Shown piece by piece: positions 19,847 to 28,911 of a stretch of 64,000 nucleotides of DNA (the first letter of the stretch is position 1; each line of letters opens with the position of its first letter). The translations under genes were made by a program, and so were the position numbers. Below the pieces are notes generated by a model, which was given only the letters and a program-made list of their open reading frames with translations, was not told the origin of the DNA and did no database searches. The DNA is from Barthelona sp. PCE (lineage: Eukaryota): assembly GCA_040285745.1 (NCBI GenBank), contig JAUFOR010000002.1:682001-746000 (forward strand), in the 5' to 3' direction.

Positions 19847-21496
19847 TTACCTACCAGAGATTACGGCTACAAGAGCCTCGTGCTTTGCGATAATGTGCTT
19901 TCCAAAAGAAAAACGACGTAACTGACCTAAAGATGGTTTTATAGCATCAACCAACCTTATCTGCCATATTCTAGGTAGTTGTTTGGCCACCTGTAGCATC
20001 TTTTGAATAACGTAATTCCCAAACGAATCCTTCATGATATAAACTAACACATTATCCGCGGCTACAAGATCTCTACGCATTCTAAAAATACGTTCCACCT
20101 CGCTCTCAGGCATGAGGATCTCCGTAAAGATAAGGGTGTTCTGACGCTGTGAAGCATTCAGTAACAAAACCTCAAGCACATTGGATGCGTACTTGTGAAC
20201 TGACAATTCCAGAAAAGTGCCTTTCAAAAGACCGACAATGCGTTCCCTGAGCACCTTGGAACAGGTCTGAATGATGTGTTGGCATACATAATTGCCGTAT
20301 TGATCACGTACGAAAAACATAAACTGAGCCATTATAATATCAACAATGAACTGGACTCTCTGCGCTGGCATCTTCTCGAGAAGACGCTGTATAACCCTGC
20401 AACCGTACGTGTGCGTTGCTAGGTCAACAATATGTGGCTCGACATGCTGCACAATAAATTCCAAATGGGGCACCGGTACCGTTTCTATTATTTTTTGTAT
20501 AACATGGTTGCCGTTCTGGTCATCAATGAGCTCCATGACATGCAAGTAGAGCTCCTGTATGATAGAAAGCTTCTCATCAATCGAAAGCACAGTCAGGCTC
20601 TTCTGTATTATTCTGCAGCCGTACACGTGCTTTGCAAGTGAAAGAACACGTCCACTGATGCACTCCATCATGGAAGAAGCCTCTTTAGGTGATGAAATCT
20701 CAAAAAACTTCTGAACAACATAATTCCCGAATGGATCAAGCATCAATTTCGGCATGACTTCCTTGATCTTTGCATAAAGTAGGGTACGAAGCTCTCCCTT
20801 AACATTGGGTGCGTGCTCCTGGATGAAACGAGATCCGAATTGATCCTTACATACTTCATCTAACGATGGAATGCACATTTCCAACTTCTTCATTGGATCG
20901 TCATTAATATTCAATTTCAGGTTAGTGAGAATGGCTGCAACACGCATTGCCTGGTCGGGCGTCGGCGCCCTATTCACAACAGACGCTGGAATGTAAGGGT
21001 TCGACTGCTTCAGTGCATCAGTGATCGATCTCTTCCTTACTGGCTCAGCAGCACGATATTCTTGTTTAGGAGGCATATAAGGTTTATATGTTGGCTCTGA
21101 GCCATCCAACTGCAAGTCTTCAAACTTCGGAGATTGAGATGGTGAAAAAGAACCATAAAAAGAATTTTTTGAAGTTGGTTGACCTGTGTGATTTGTATGA
21201 ATTAATGAATGGTCAGAATCAAAGGTTGAAAAGTCAGATAAAAAGTCAGTTGGGGTGTTTGCGAAAGGATATGCTCCAACTAGTTCAGAATTAGACGACA
21301 TTCCGGTCTTCATAAAAGAATTCGGTGGGAGTGCGGGGGCTGGCTTCGATACAGTCGGTACAGGACTGAAATCAAACTCGGGTACATCACTGGGTGCAGA
21401 AGCAAATGCAGAAATATTGGAACTTGGAGGTGCACTGCTTGTCCTCTCTCCCTGGCGCCTGAAAATACTCTTGTAGGGTTGACCATCAAATGACAT
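19847..21496 (-). CDS. Pumilio/PUF RNA-binding protein with 8 repeats
   Basis: Low-complexity N-terminus then repeats DQFGSRFIQ, DPFGNYVVQ, HVYGCRIIQ, DQNGNHVIQ, HTYGCRVIQ, DQYGNYVCQ, HKYASNVLE, DSFGNYVIQ. Confidence 0.96.
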   Translation of the reverse strand: MSFDGQPYKSIFRRQGERTSSAPPSSNISAFASAPSDVPEFDFSPVPTVSKPAPALPPNSFMKTGMSSNSELVGAYPFANTPTDFLSDFSTFDSDHSLIHTNHTGQPTSKNSFYGSFSPSQSPKFEDLQLDGSEPTYKPYMPPKQEYRAAEPVRKRSITDALKQSNPYIPASVVNRAPTPDQAMRVAAILTNLKLNINDDPMKKLEMCIPSLDEVCKDQFGSRFIQEHAPNVKGELRTLLYAKIKEVMPKLMLDPFGNYVVQKFFEISSPKEASSMMECISGRVLSLAKHVYGCRIIQKSLTVLSIDEKLSIIQELYLHVMELIDDQNGNHVIQKIIETVPVPHLEFIVQHVEPHIVDLATHTYGCRVIQRLLEKMPAQRVQFIVDIIMAQFMFFVRDQYGNYVCQHIIQTCSKVLRERIVGLLKGTFLELSVHKYASNVLEVLLLNASQRQNTLIFTEILMPESEVERIFRMRRDLVAADNVLVYIMKDSFGNYVIQKMLQVAKQLPRIWQIRLVDAIKPSLGQLRRFSFGKHIIAKHEALVAVISGR

Positions 21497-21679
21497 TGGT
21501 GTATTTACCTTGTAAAGAGAAAAAAAGGAAAAACCACCGATTCTGCATTTTCAAAGTTGCGGATCTTGGCATATAGATGTTCTGTTCAGGTGAGTCGTGT
21601 TTACCAAAGTATAATCCAGATCAACCTGTTATACGTTTATTTCCACTTATTGAATTCTCTTGGGATACAGTTTAAAAAG

Positions 21680-22285
21680 ATGAGCATTTTTGACCGTTTA
21701 TCGAACCCGAATAACTTCACAGGGATGTATAAGCAGCGTTTCAGACCAGAAAACGATGAGAAAGAAGCTGTACATGATCTTTCTGAGATTCTCAGGACGC
21801 CAACCCCTAAAAAACGCAACTCAAGGAAACGTGTGAAGTCTGCGACCCCAAAGACACGAGTGTATCCGGTACGCTCACCAAAAAGAATCACCCCTGCAAG
21901 AGATCGTCCAGAAAATAGTATTTTTGACAGATTAAGCAATCCTCATACATTTACAGGAACGCACAGCGTCGACAGAAAGCCAAGGCCAAAGGCTGTACAT
22001 GACCTAAGCGCAATTATGCGACCAGATTTTAAAACACCGTCTAAAGTAAGAGAACGACGTCGTAGGGAACCTAAAAAGCCTGATATCTGGCTAACAAAGC
22101 CCGAAGTACCACAAGATTCTGTTTTTAGTCGCTTAACGGATCACAAAACTTATAATTCTACCCATAAGCACAGATTTGATCGAAGTGGTAAAGGACGTGG
22201 TAAAATAGGCCGTGTGACGGAAAATGGAGCTGTACACCACCTATCTCAAATTACTAGAACATATCTAGGTAAGAACAAAATGTAA
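21680..22285 (+). CDS. Basic protein with three partial p25alpha (TPPP/apicortin-type) repeats
   Basis: SIFDRLSNPNNFTGMYKQRF, SIFDRLSNPHTFTGTH and SVFSRLTDHKTYNSTHKHRFDRSGKGRGKIGR; the last has the GxGxGxxGR motif. First ATG at 21680. Confidence 0.85.
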   Translation: MSIFDRLSNPNNFTGMYKQRFRPENDEKEAVHDLSEILRTPTPKKRNSRKRVKSATPKTRVYPVRSPKRITPARDRPENSIFDRLSNPHTFTGTHSVDRKPRPKAVHDLSAIMRPDFKTPSKVRERRRREPKKPDIWLTKPEVPQDSVFSRLTDHKTYNSTHKHRFDRSGKGRGKIGRVTENGAVHHLSQITRTYLGKNKM

Positions 22286-22736
22286 AAATGTAATATTCTA
22301 ATTTTTAAGCTTGGATTGGAAAGATTTCAAGAAATGACTTTACCATGGCTGATTTCACTCGGGTCATGTTTACTGACAGATATCTAGTTGGATGGCGTGA
22401 ATAAGTTCCTAAGATCAAGGTCGGGGTAATTGAGATCCCACCCTAAAAAATTGTAAAAAAAGAGAAATCTGAAATGTACGATAAAGGAGGTAATTCGGAC
22501 AGCACATTCATGAGTCACAGATTCACTCTGCCATGAGTTCCGTCAACCACATGCTTCCATCATTCAACAATTCACTCTGAAAAAAGCGTTCTATCAGGAT
22601 TCGAATTGAATACCTTCGCTTTCAACCAATTTTCAAAAAAAACCATACCGATCCAGCTCTGACGAGAGAGAAATGACCTTTAAAAAAATAAGTACAGTAA
22701 GCACACTGTATAGTTGCAAAAGAAAATTTCAAAAAG

Positions 22737-22807
22737 TACACCCGGGGGGAATCGAACCCCCGGCACATGGATGGCAACCATGAGTTTTACCACTAAACTA
22801 CAGGCGT
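22737..22807 (-). tRNA. tRNA with GCC anticodon (Gly), atypical acceptor stem
   Basis: ACGCCTG TA GTTT AGTGGTA AAAC T CATGG TTGCCAT CCATG TGCC GGGGG TTCGATT CCCCC CGGGTGT A forms a full 71-nt cloverleaf, followed by a T5 Pol III terminator-like run. Confidence 0.95.
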
Positions 22808-23624
22808 GTACGGAAATGAACTATACATTCTTTTTAATGTTTAATTTACTTTGACATTTTTTTGAAGAAAATCAAGAGAATATTTTGTTAAGGTAAATTT
22901 GTATTTCAATAACATCTATGATGTTTTCAAAGGAGGTTCAGTTAAGGGCAAAATTTTATTCGGTACATTTAAATTTAAAAAAAAATTAGTGAAAAAAATC
23001 TTCATATTAAAGAAATTTTTGCTATTTAATTGAATAAATAAAAATAACTAACCTTAAAATAACTAAATACCCAAATAAAGATGAAATAAAATGAAATAGT
23101 GTTCATATTTTTCCATTATATAATAATTTTTTAAGCAGGCAAACATTGAAAAAGCAATTAAGTAATTTTGAGTCGAAAAGTAAATGTAACACGAATAAAA
23201 AATTACTTTATCACAGTTAATTATTGGAATATCAAAACAAATTTGAGTATAAAAAAATTTTGTTCATTTCCACAAAACTCTGATTAAAAGCTTTGTAAGA
23301 ATTTTTTTGCACGTTATTTGCGATATGTCGCCCACACGACTTTTCTTACAAATGTTGCAATATATCAACCAGATTCTTTTTTTTTTTAAGCAGTTTATGA
23401 TTCAAATGAAAGAAAAAATCTTTGATAATTTGCTTTTAACGAATATTATAAAAGAAAACATTATATTTTGCAACCATTTTGTGGAAGAGTCATATTGTAG
23501 ATCAAACAGGTTTGTGGAAACTCAATTTTTATTTAAATAGTTGTCAAACTCATTCATAAATGAAATAGAAACACCTATACATTATAAATTTATTCTTATA
23601 TAAAGGTAAAGCAGGATGTTATGA

Positions 23625-24248
23625 TTATTCTTTCCTTTTCCAAGTGTTTTCACACACCAACTTTGTAATATTATCATCACCTCACCACTTTCAAGGAGAA
23701 GACGGCAGTTAGATGTTCCTAGACGCAGAGTTAGCCATACCAAAGAATTATCTATCCCAAAGCGTCATAGTGGTGCCGTATATACAAAAGAAAGGGTACA
23801 AAAGCGGCTAGAGGAATCATCCAAATTCTCCCTTGGAACCATATTTGACGTGAAGAGCTTTAGCACACAGTATTCCCCAAATTCACCGAAATCTCGACAT
23901 CCCCTTGCCCATATTGGGTTTTCAGGAGTTCCAACACTGAAAAACAGGCCTCCAACGCCTGTTTTTATGGATGTAAGCTCAAGGGAGATGACACCAAAGA
24001 ATTCCAAATTAGATATGTCTCCTTCAACTTCTTTGAAGCAATTGAACCCCAATTACATGGCATTTACGACCCCTGAGCCGTGGAGCGATGCCTCAAGCGC
24101 CTCTATTGAAGAACTTTCAACGGATGAAGAGTTTGAATCTTATAAAACGGAAGACATGGTCTTAACAACACCTAGAACATGTAATAGTTTGTATTTTTTT
24201 AAGGAAATGTCTGATTCGTTAAAGAATATTTTGATAGAAGAGTTATAG
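23625..24248 (+). CDS. Ser/Pro/Arg-rich hypothetical protein, start codon unresolved
   Basis: Frame is open from 23625 to the stop at 24248 with coding-like composition. First in-frame ATG is only at 23967; the track starts at GTG 23850. Confidence 0.55.
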   Translation, partial: LFFPFPSVFTHQLCNIIITSPLSRRRRQLDVPRRRVSHTKELSIPKRHSGAVYTKERVQKRLEESSKFSLGTIFDVKSFSTQYSPNSPKSRHPLAHIGFSGVPTLKNRPPTPVFMDVSSREMTPKNSKLDMSPSTSLKQLNPNYMAFTTPEPWSDASSASIEELSTDEEFESYKTEDMVLTTPRTCNSLYFFKEMSDSLKNILIEEL

Positions 24249-24267
24249 ATCTTTAAAAAAAAATACA

Positions 24268-24756
24268 TTATTTATTCCATTCGATGGGAAAATAGTTACA
24301 ATGACTTTTATCTACTGTAATATTGCGAATCATGTTCTCAAAGTTGAGTTCATCAGGTAAATTTATATCCATACTTGTTAATTCCTCATCATCTAAAAAA
24401 TACCTAGTTGATACAAGGAAACCTAATGAAGCAAACATATCTTCATTGTAAACCATCTGAATATTGAGCCCTATGACGCCCAGCGCATCAAAAAGATCAA
24501 ATTTGTTTTCTGAGAAATCGAAATCTTCTGTTTCGATTGGAATACTGTATATACCTCGTTCTATTCCTTCTGGTAGGCTGATCTCGTCAAATACGTACTC
24601 TTTATCACCTATAATATAACAACACTTGATATCAACGTAACTTTCCAAGTCATTGTGTACTTCTAAGTCTAATTGAAATGCAAGACCTTCAGAAAGGGCT
24701 GCTTTGTGGTTTTCGAAACTTATATCTCGAATGATTATCCAAGAATCTGCTGACAT
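24268..24756 (-). CDS. ASF1: Histone chaperone ASF1 (divergent)
   Basis: 162 aa collinear with the ASF1 core: FQLDLEV..DL, DALGV..LNIQMVY...FASLGFLV..Y, MIRNI, terminal FPIEW. Confidence 0.8.
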   Translation of the reverse strand: MSADSWIIIRDISFENHKAALSEGLAFQLDLEVHNDLESYVDIKCCYIIGDKEYVFDEISLPEGIERGIYSIPIETEDFDFSENKFDLFDALGVIGLNIQMVYNEDMFASLGFLVSTRYFLDDEELTSMDINLPDELNFENMIRNITVDKSHCNYFPIEWNK

Positions 24757-24792
24757 TGTTGAAAAGGGAAAGTTTCGTTTTTACAAGTTGCA

Positions 24793-25296
24793 ATGGAAAC
24801 TAAACTACTTTGGGAGGGCAATGTTTCGTGCATGTTTCCTCCGAACTCGGTATTAGCATGTGAATTTATTCCAGAAACACCACCAAACCAGGAAGTTGTC
24901 CTTACACAGTATGGTACTACACAAACCGATCGCATAATGACACTGTTTGAGATATGCGGGCACCAAAACGATGCTATAGATGTGGTTAAATCTAACTATT
25001 GGTTTGAAACTTGTCGTTTTGCTAATGTTCCTGTTGATACCAAGTTTTCTGACGCTGAGTTCACAGCAAAGGTGATATGTGACCGTCTTAGCTTTAAATT
25101 TGATTCATCATTCGCAATAATGTCGAACCTTGATGTTGAAATGCATTGTTGTACAATGGTTTTGCGTTCTGAGTCTTCAAATCTTGATCTTTTTATTGCT
25201 TCAGCATCTCATTCACGAGAAAAAGTTATAGAAACAATGACTACGGTTTGTGAAACAGTCAGAATTGAAGACGGTGCATTTTTAGGTATCAATTAG
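24793..25296 (+). CDS. Hypothetical protein (167 aa)
   Basis: ATG ORF divergent from ASF1 and filling the space to the next gene. No family recognised. Confidence 0.6.
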   Translation: METKLLWEGNVSCMFPPNSVLACEFIPETPPNQEVVLTQYGTTQTDRIMTLFEICGHQNDAIDVVKSNYWFETCRFANVPVDTKFSDAEFTAKVICDRLSFKFDSSFAIMSNLDVEMHCCTMVLRSESSNLDLFIASASHSREKVIETMTTVCETVRIEDGAFLGIN

Positions 25297-25722
25297 CTGC
25301 ATACGGTGCAAAAACACCTGCCCAACGTGTCTGTAGGCCTGGCAAAGTATCTCAATGGAGGGGTTTCTTTTTTTATGTTTGAGAATTATTATTGTGAGCG
25401 TTTGTACACCTGCAATACCTATTACAGCAAACATAAGCCACAATGGCCAAGAGCTGTGAACGTCAGGCTCAGCTTGAACAGGGCCAAGCTGGTTGGGAAC
25501 AAGTTTTCTTGGAGTGAGAGTACCATAGTAAATTTTGAAATGCGGTTTATAGTTGGTTTTGTAACTGACAGGTGTTGTTATGAATGAATAGTTTTTGAAG
25601 CTAGAGTATCCTAATGAAGCAGGATGTACTTTCATGACGATTATGTTCTCCTGGTTGAGTTTTAACCCTATACAAAAGCTAAAAGTCACAAAAATCAAGG
25701 CCAAACCCAAAAACTTAACCAT
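25282..25722 (-). CDS. Small type-I membrane protein
   Basis: Signal-peptide-like N-terminus, then TM WPLWLMFAVIGIAGVQTLTIIIL followed by KHKKR. Confidence 0.65.
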   Translation of the reverse strand: MVKFLGLALIFVTFSFCIGLKLNQENIIVMKVHPASLGYSSFKNYSFITTPVSYKTNYKPHFKIYYGTLTPRKLVPNQLGPVQAEPDVHSSWPLWLMFAVIGIAGVQTLTIIILKHKKRNPSIEILCQAYRHVGQVFLHRMQLIDT

Positions 25723-25904
25723 TGTTGCAAAAAGGAATGGAAAAATGAAAGCAGGTTTTTTTCGCTCCTCATTCTTACTTTACTTTTCTAAAATTAAGTT
25801 ATAAAATATCTTTTAAAGTGGAATAGTAGGAGAATTATTGTGAATGTTTTTTTTAAAGTTTTGTTTTCCAAATTACCATCCTTAACACTGTTGAACACTG
25901 CAAA

Positions 25905-27371
25905 ATGCAGGATCAAAGGAAGAGAACTGCGTCAGATAGGGCAAAAGTTGAGCTGATAACGGAGGAACCGAAGGAAGCATCACTCACCACCAAACTTTCC
26001 AAGTACTACAGAAATTCGTTCCCATATAACAGCTATTTCCGATGGCTCAGCCACCAGGAGGTTCCTGAACAGGGAGAAGATGTTGCTACACTTTGGACAC
26101 ATCGAGAGTTTGCATTTGCAAGCCAGGATAACGCTGGTACTGAGATATTCTCTCGTTATCGTTCGTTTCCCACGATAGCCGCGTTCAGGGAGTCTGTTAT
26201 TAAGAGAACACCAATTCGAATAGAGGTTGGTCCTGAGTATAACCTGGAGCCACGATTGCGTAAGAAAAGCGTTGCATTCATGGAGAACCTCACAGCAGTG
26301 CAGCGCGAGTTTGTGGTTGATCTTGATTTCGATGATTACGATGATGTAAGACCATGTGAGTGTAAGGGAGCGACTTTTTGTTACTCATGTTGGCGGCTGA
26401 TGATTGTCGCCGTCCAGGTCCTTACAGACATCTTAAAGAGACAGTATGGATGCTCGCATATCCTTTGGGTGTACTCTGGACGCCGTGGTCTGCATTGTTG
26501 GGTAAGTGACCCGCATATGCTTGATTTGCCGAACACAGTGAGAGCTGCGTTAATTCGTTCTCTTTCCCTCTGTGCGAGGCGCAGGGGCACCATGTTCACC
26601 GGAGGGATGCTTCCTGACCTCGAGGTGATATGGAGACTGCATCTAATGAAAACATTCATGCAGTTCTGTCAGGACGAACGTAATGATGGAGATATTAGGT
26701 TCTTACAGAAGCCTTCATCGCTGCAAGTGTTGGCTGAAATTCTTCCAGGCGACTTTGGTGATCGGTTCTTGCAGGAACTTCCCAGCGCATTGGGAAGTCT
26801 ACAGATTTTCAAGAACTACTCCAATTTTGTCAAGCGAACATTCAGTAATCAGAAGACACAGATCGCATACATCGCCGAGGCGGTGTTCAGATTCACGTTC
26901 CCCAGGCCAGATCTTAACGTATCGAAGGATCTTAATCATTTACTGAAATCTCCCTTCGTTATTCACCCCAAAACGGGTAATATATGTACACCGGTACCGC
27001 CAGAGCGTCTGGAGGACTTTGAGCCGTACGTGACGCTTGATACAAAGCTTGATAGCGAGAAACTTTATCCAGTCAATCTTGATGACCATGATTATGAAGA
27101 AAAGTTGACTGTTTACACCGAGTTCTTTACAAGATACACGGAAAAGCTTCTTGAAATCGAGCATGTAGGCATTAAACAGAGACAGGAGGAGCATCATGAG
27201 CGCAAGAAAGAGTTTTTCGAGCAGCTTGAACTGAAGAGGCAACAAATTGCGCAATCTTCAGCTTCATTTGTTAATAACCACGAAACAAGGACGCTCGTTG
27301 TTGATGAGATTGAGAAAAAACTGAATACGTTGAATATGCAGCGCCGCAGGTATATTAAGGTCAAGAAATAG
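25905..27371 (+). CDS. PRIM1: DNA primase catalytic (small) subunit
   Basis: HREFAF, REFVVDLDFDDYDDVRPCEC..C..CW, WVYSGRRGLHCW, PRPDLNVSK..HLLKSPFVIHPKTG. Confidence 0.96.
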   Translation: MQDQRKRTASDRAKVELITEEPKEASLTTKLSKYYRNSFPYNSYFRWLSHQEVPEQGEDVATLWTHREFAFASQDNAGTEIFSRYRSFPTIAAFRESVIKRTPIRIEVGPEYNLEPRLRKKSVAFMENLTAVQREFVVDLDFDDYDDVRPCECKGATFCYSCWRLMIVAVQVLTDILKRQYGCSHILWVYSGRRGLHCWVSDPHMLDLPNTVRAALIRSLSLCARRRGTMFTGGMLPDLEVIWRLHLMKTFMQFCQDERNDGDIRFLQKPSSLQVLAEILPGDFGDRFLQELPSALGSLQIFKNYSNFVKRTFSNQKTQIAYIAEAVFRFTFPRPDLNVSKDLNHLLKSPFVIHPKTGNICTPVPPERLEDFEPYVTLDTKLDSEKLYPVNLDDHDYEEKLTVYTEFFTRYTEKLLEIEHVGIKQRQEEHHERKKEFFEQLELKRQQIAQSSASFVNNHETRTLVVDEIEKKLNTLNMQRRRYIKVKK

Positions 27372-28854
27372 ATTGAAGCTCCATTTCTTTCTTCTTTTCT
27401 AGTTTTTCATTGTAAAAGTAACCAGTTGATCGGAAAGAAGGGAAAAAGCTCATGAAAATACCGGTGAAAATCTGAAATCCTCCAAAGACAAGCAGAGCAC
27501 CATACTTCAGTGAATCAAGGGTGACTCCCGCAATGGCTGTGCCTAAGGACAAACCAGCTTGGAATGCAAGGGTGTAGAAGCCAATGACACGACCTGTGAA
27601 GCTCATTGGTGCGACTTGCTGCATCCACGTAATTCCTGCGATCATGACGAAGGAATCAAAGATGCCGAGGAAGAACTCCATAGTTGCAAGAACAGCAAAT
27701 GAATGAAAGAAGTAGAAGGCAATGATCCCGAGACCGTGGCAGCATCCAAAGATAGCCCATGTCTTGTAGAATGTAGGGGGCTTGAAGCGGGACCATGTCC
27801 TCATGAAAATAATGCCACCAATCATTTCACCAACACCGAACGCAGTCGAAATGGTGCCCAAGAACGTCGCATTGAAGCGTTTGTTTGCCAAGTAAGGGAG
27901 GCACGAAAACGTGAAGCCTCTGTTAGCAATGGTCATCATGAACATAAATAGATAAAACATGAGGATATCCTTTTGTGTCTTAACGAAATCGAAACCTTCC
28001 TTTAAAAGTTCGAAATATGGACGTTTGCTCAGCTTGATAGGTGGCATTTCAATAAAGGAGACGATAATTGCTGCAAGCACAAAAATTATACTGTTTGCAG
28101 CGAAAATATACCACGTTGGTTGATAGTTCACCTTTTCCTCACCAATAAGCGCGTCCATGACGAATCCAGCGACTGCAGGTCCTATTGAGATAGCCGACAT
28201 AAGCGCAATCGTTTTCAACGAGTTAAATTTTGCAATTACATGCCTCTGCACAATGAAACGTGGGAGCGCATCCACTGCAGGGTAATAAAACGCGTCAACG
28301 ATGCCGAATACAAGTGTTGTGAGGCACAGCTTCAGGACAGTGGCCTCGTTGGACCACATTATGTACGAGATCATTGCGACACATAAGGCACGACCATAGT
28401 TCGACCAGATCATGATGGTTGTGACCTTCCGCTTATCACAGTATGCGCCGCTGACGAATAAAAGCGCCACTCGGGGAAGATATTGACATATTAGTACCAA
28501 AGACATGCCTTTCGCATCAGAAAAAATCAAAACAGCATAGGGAATAGCAATGAATTGCAGAGCTCCACACATTACGGACATAAAGGTGGCAGCGAGCATC
28601 AAATATACTTCTTTGCAACGTACAGTGGAACATTTGAGCTCTTCGCCTTCTTCAAGCTCAGGTTCGTTTTCGATGTTTTCGTCTGGCTGGAAGGCGTAAT
28701 TTAAGTCACTGCCATCATCTTCTGAAGCGATAGACTCGACGTCTATTTTAATATCTGTAAGATCATCGTGCTCATCATCAGTAGTTGATGAATACCCTTC
28801 GTCACTATTAAGCCCTTCATCATCGATGGAAGCGTTCGATTCCAAATCACTCAT
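27361..28854 (-). CDS. MFS transporter, DHA3/Mef-like, with acidic N-terminal extension
   Basis: About 12 TM segments; GAYCDK..IMIWSNYGRA, AFYYPA..LPRFIV, IGPAVAG, WMQQVAP...GRVIGF. Confidence 0.88.
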   Translation of the reverse strand: MSDLESNASIDDEGLNSDEGYSSTTDDEHDDLTDIKIDVESIASEDDGSDLNYAFQPDENIENEPELEEGEELKCSTVRCKEVYLMLAATFMSVMCGALQFIAIPYAVLIFSDAKGMSLVLICQYLPRVALLFVSGAYCDKRKVTTIMIWSNYGRALCVAMISYIMWSNEATVLKLCLTTLVFGIVDAFYYPAVDALPRFIVQRHVIAKFNSLKTIALMSAISIGPAVAGFVMDALIGEEKVNYQPTWYIFAANSIIFVLAAIIVSFIEMPPIKLSKRPYFELLKEGFDFVKTQKDILMFYLFMFMMTIANRGFTFSCLPYLANKRFNATFLGTISTAFGVGEMIGGIIFMRTWSRFKPPTFYKTWAIFGCCHGLGIIAFYFFHSFAVLATMEFFLGIFDSFVMIAGITWMQQVAPMSFTGRVIGFYTLAFQAGLSLGTAIAGVTLDSLKYGALLVFGGFQIFTGIFMSFFPSFRSTGYFYNEKLEKKKEMELQSIS

Positions 28855-28911
28855 GCAAAAATAAAGATGGGGGAAAGAAATTGAAATGCAGGATAAATAT
28901 TTACATTGACT

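Noticed and set aside
22409-22430. CTAAGATCAAG resembling U2 snRNA
   Set aside because: No following GTAGTA branch-pairing sequence and no stem I upstream.
22810-23620. Long AT-rich tract containing ORF 23307-23540
   Set aside because: Low-complexity F/I/N/K ORF with a TTG start; no repeats or structure to support a gene, centromere or origin call.
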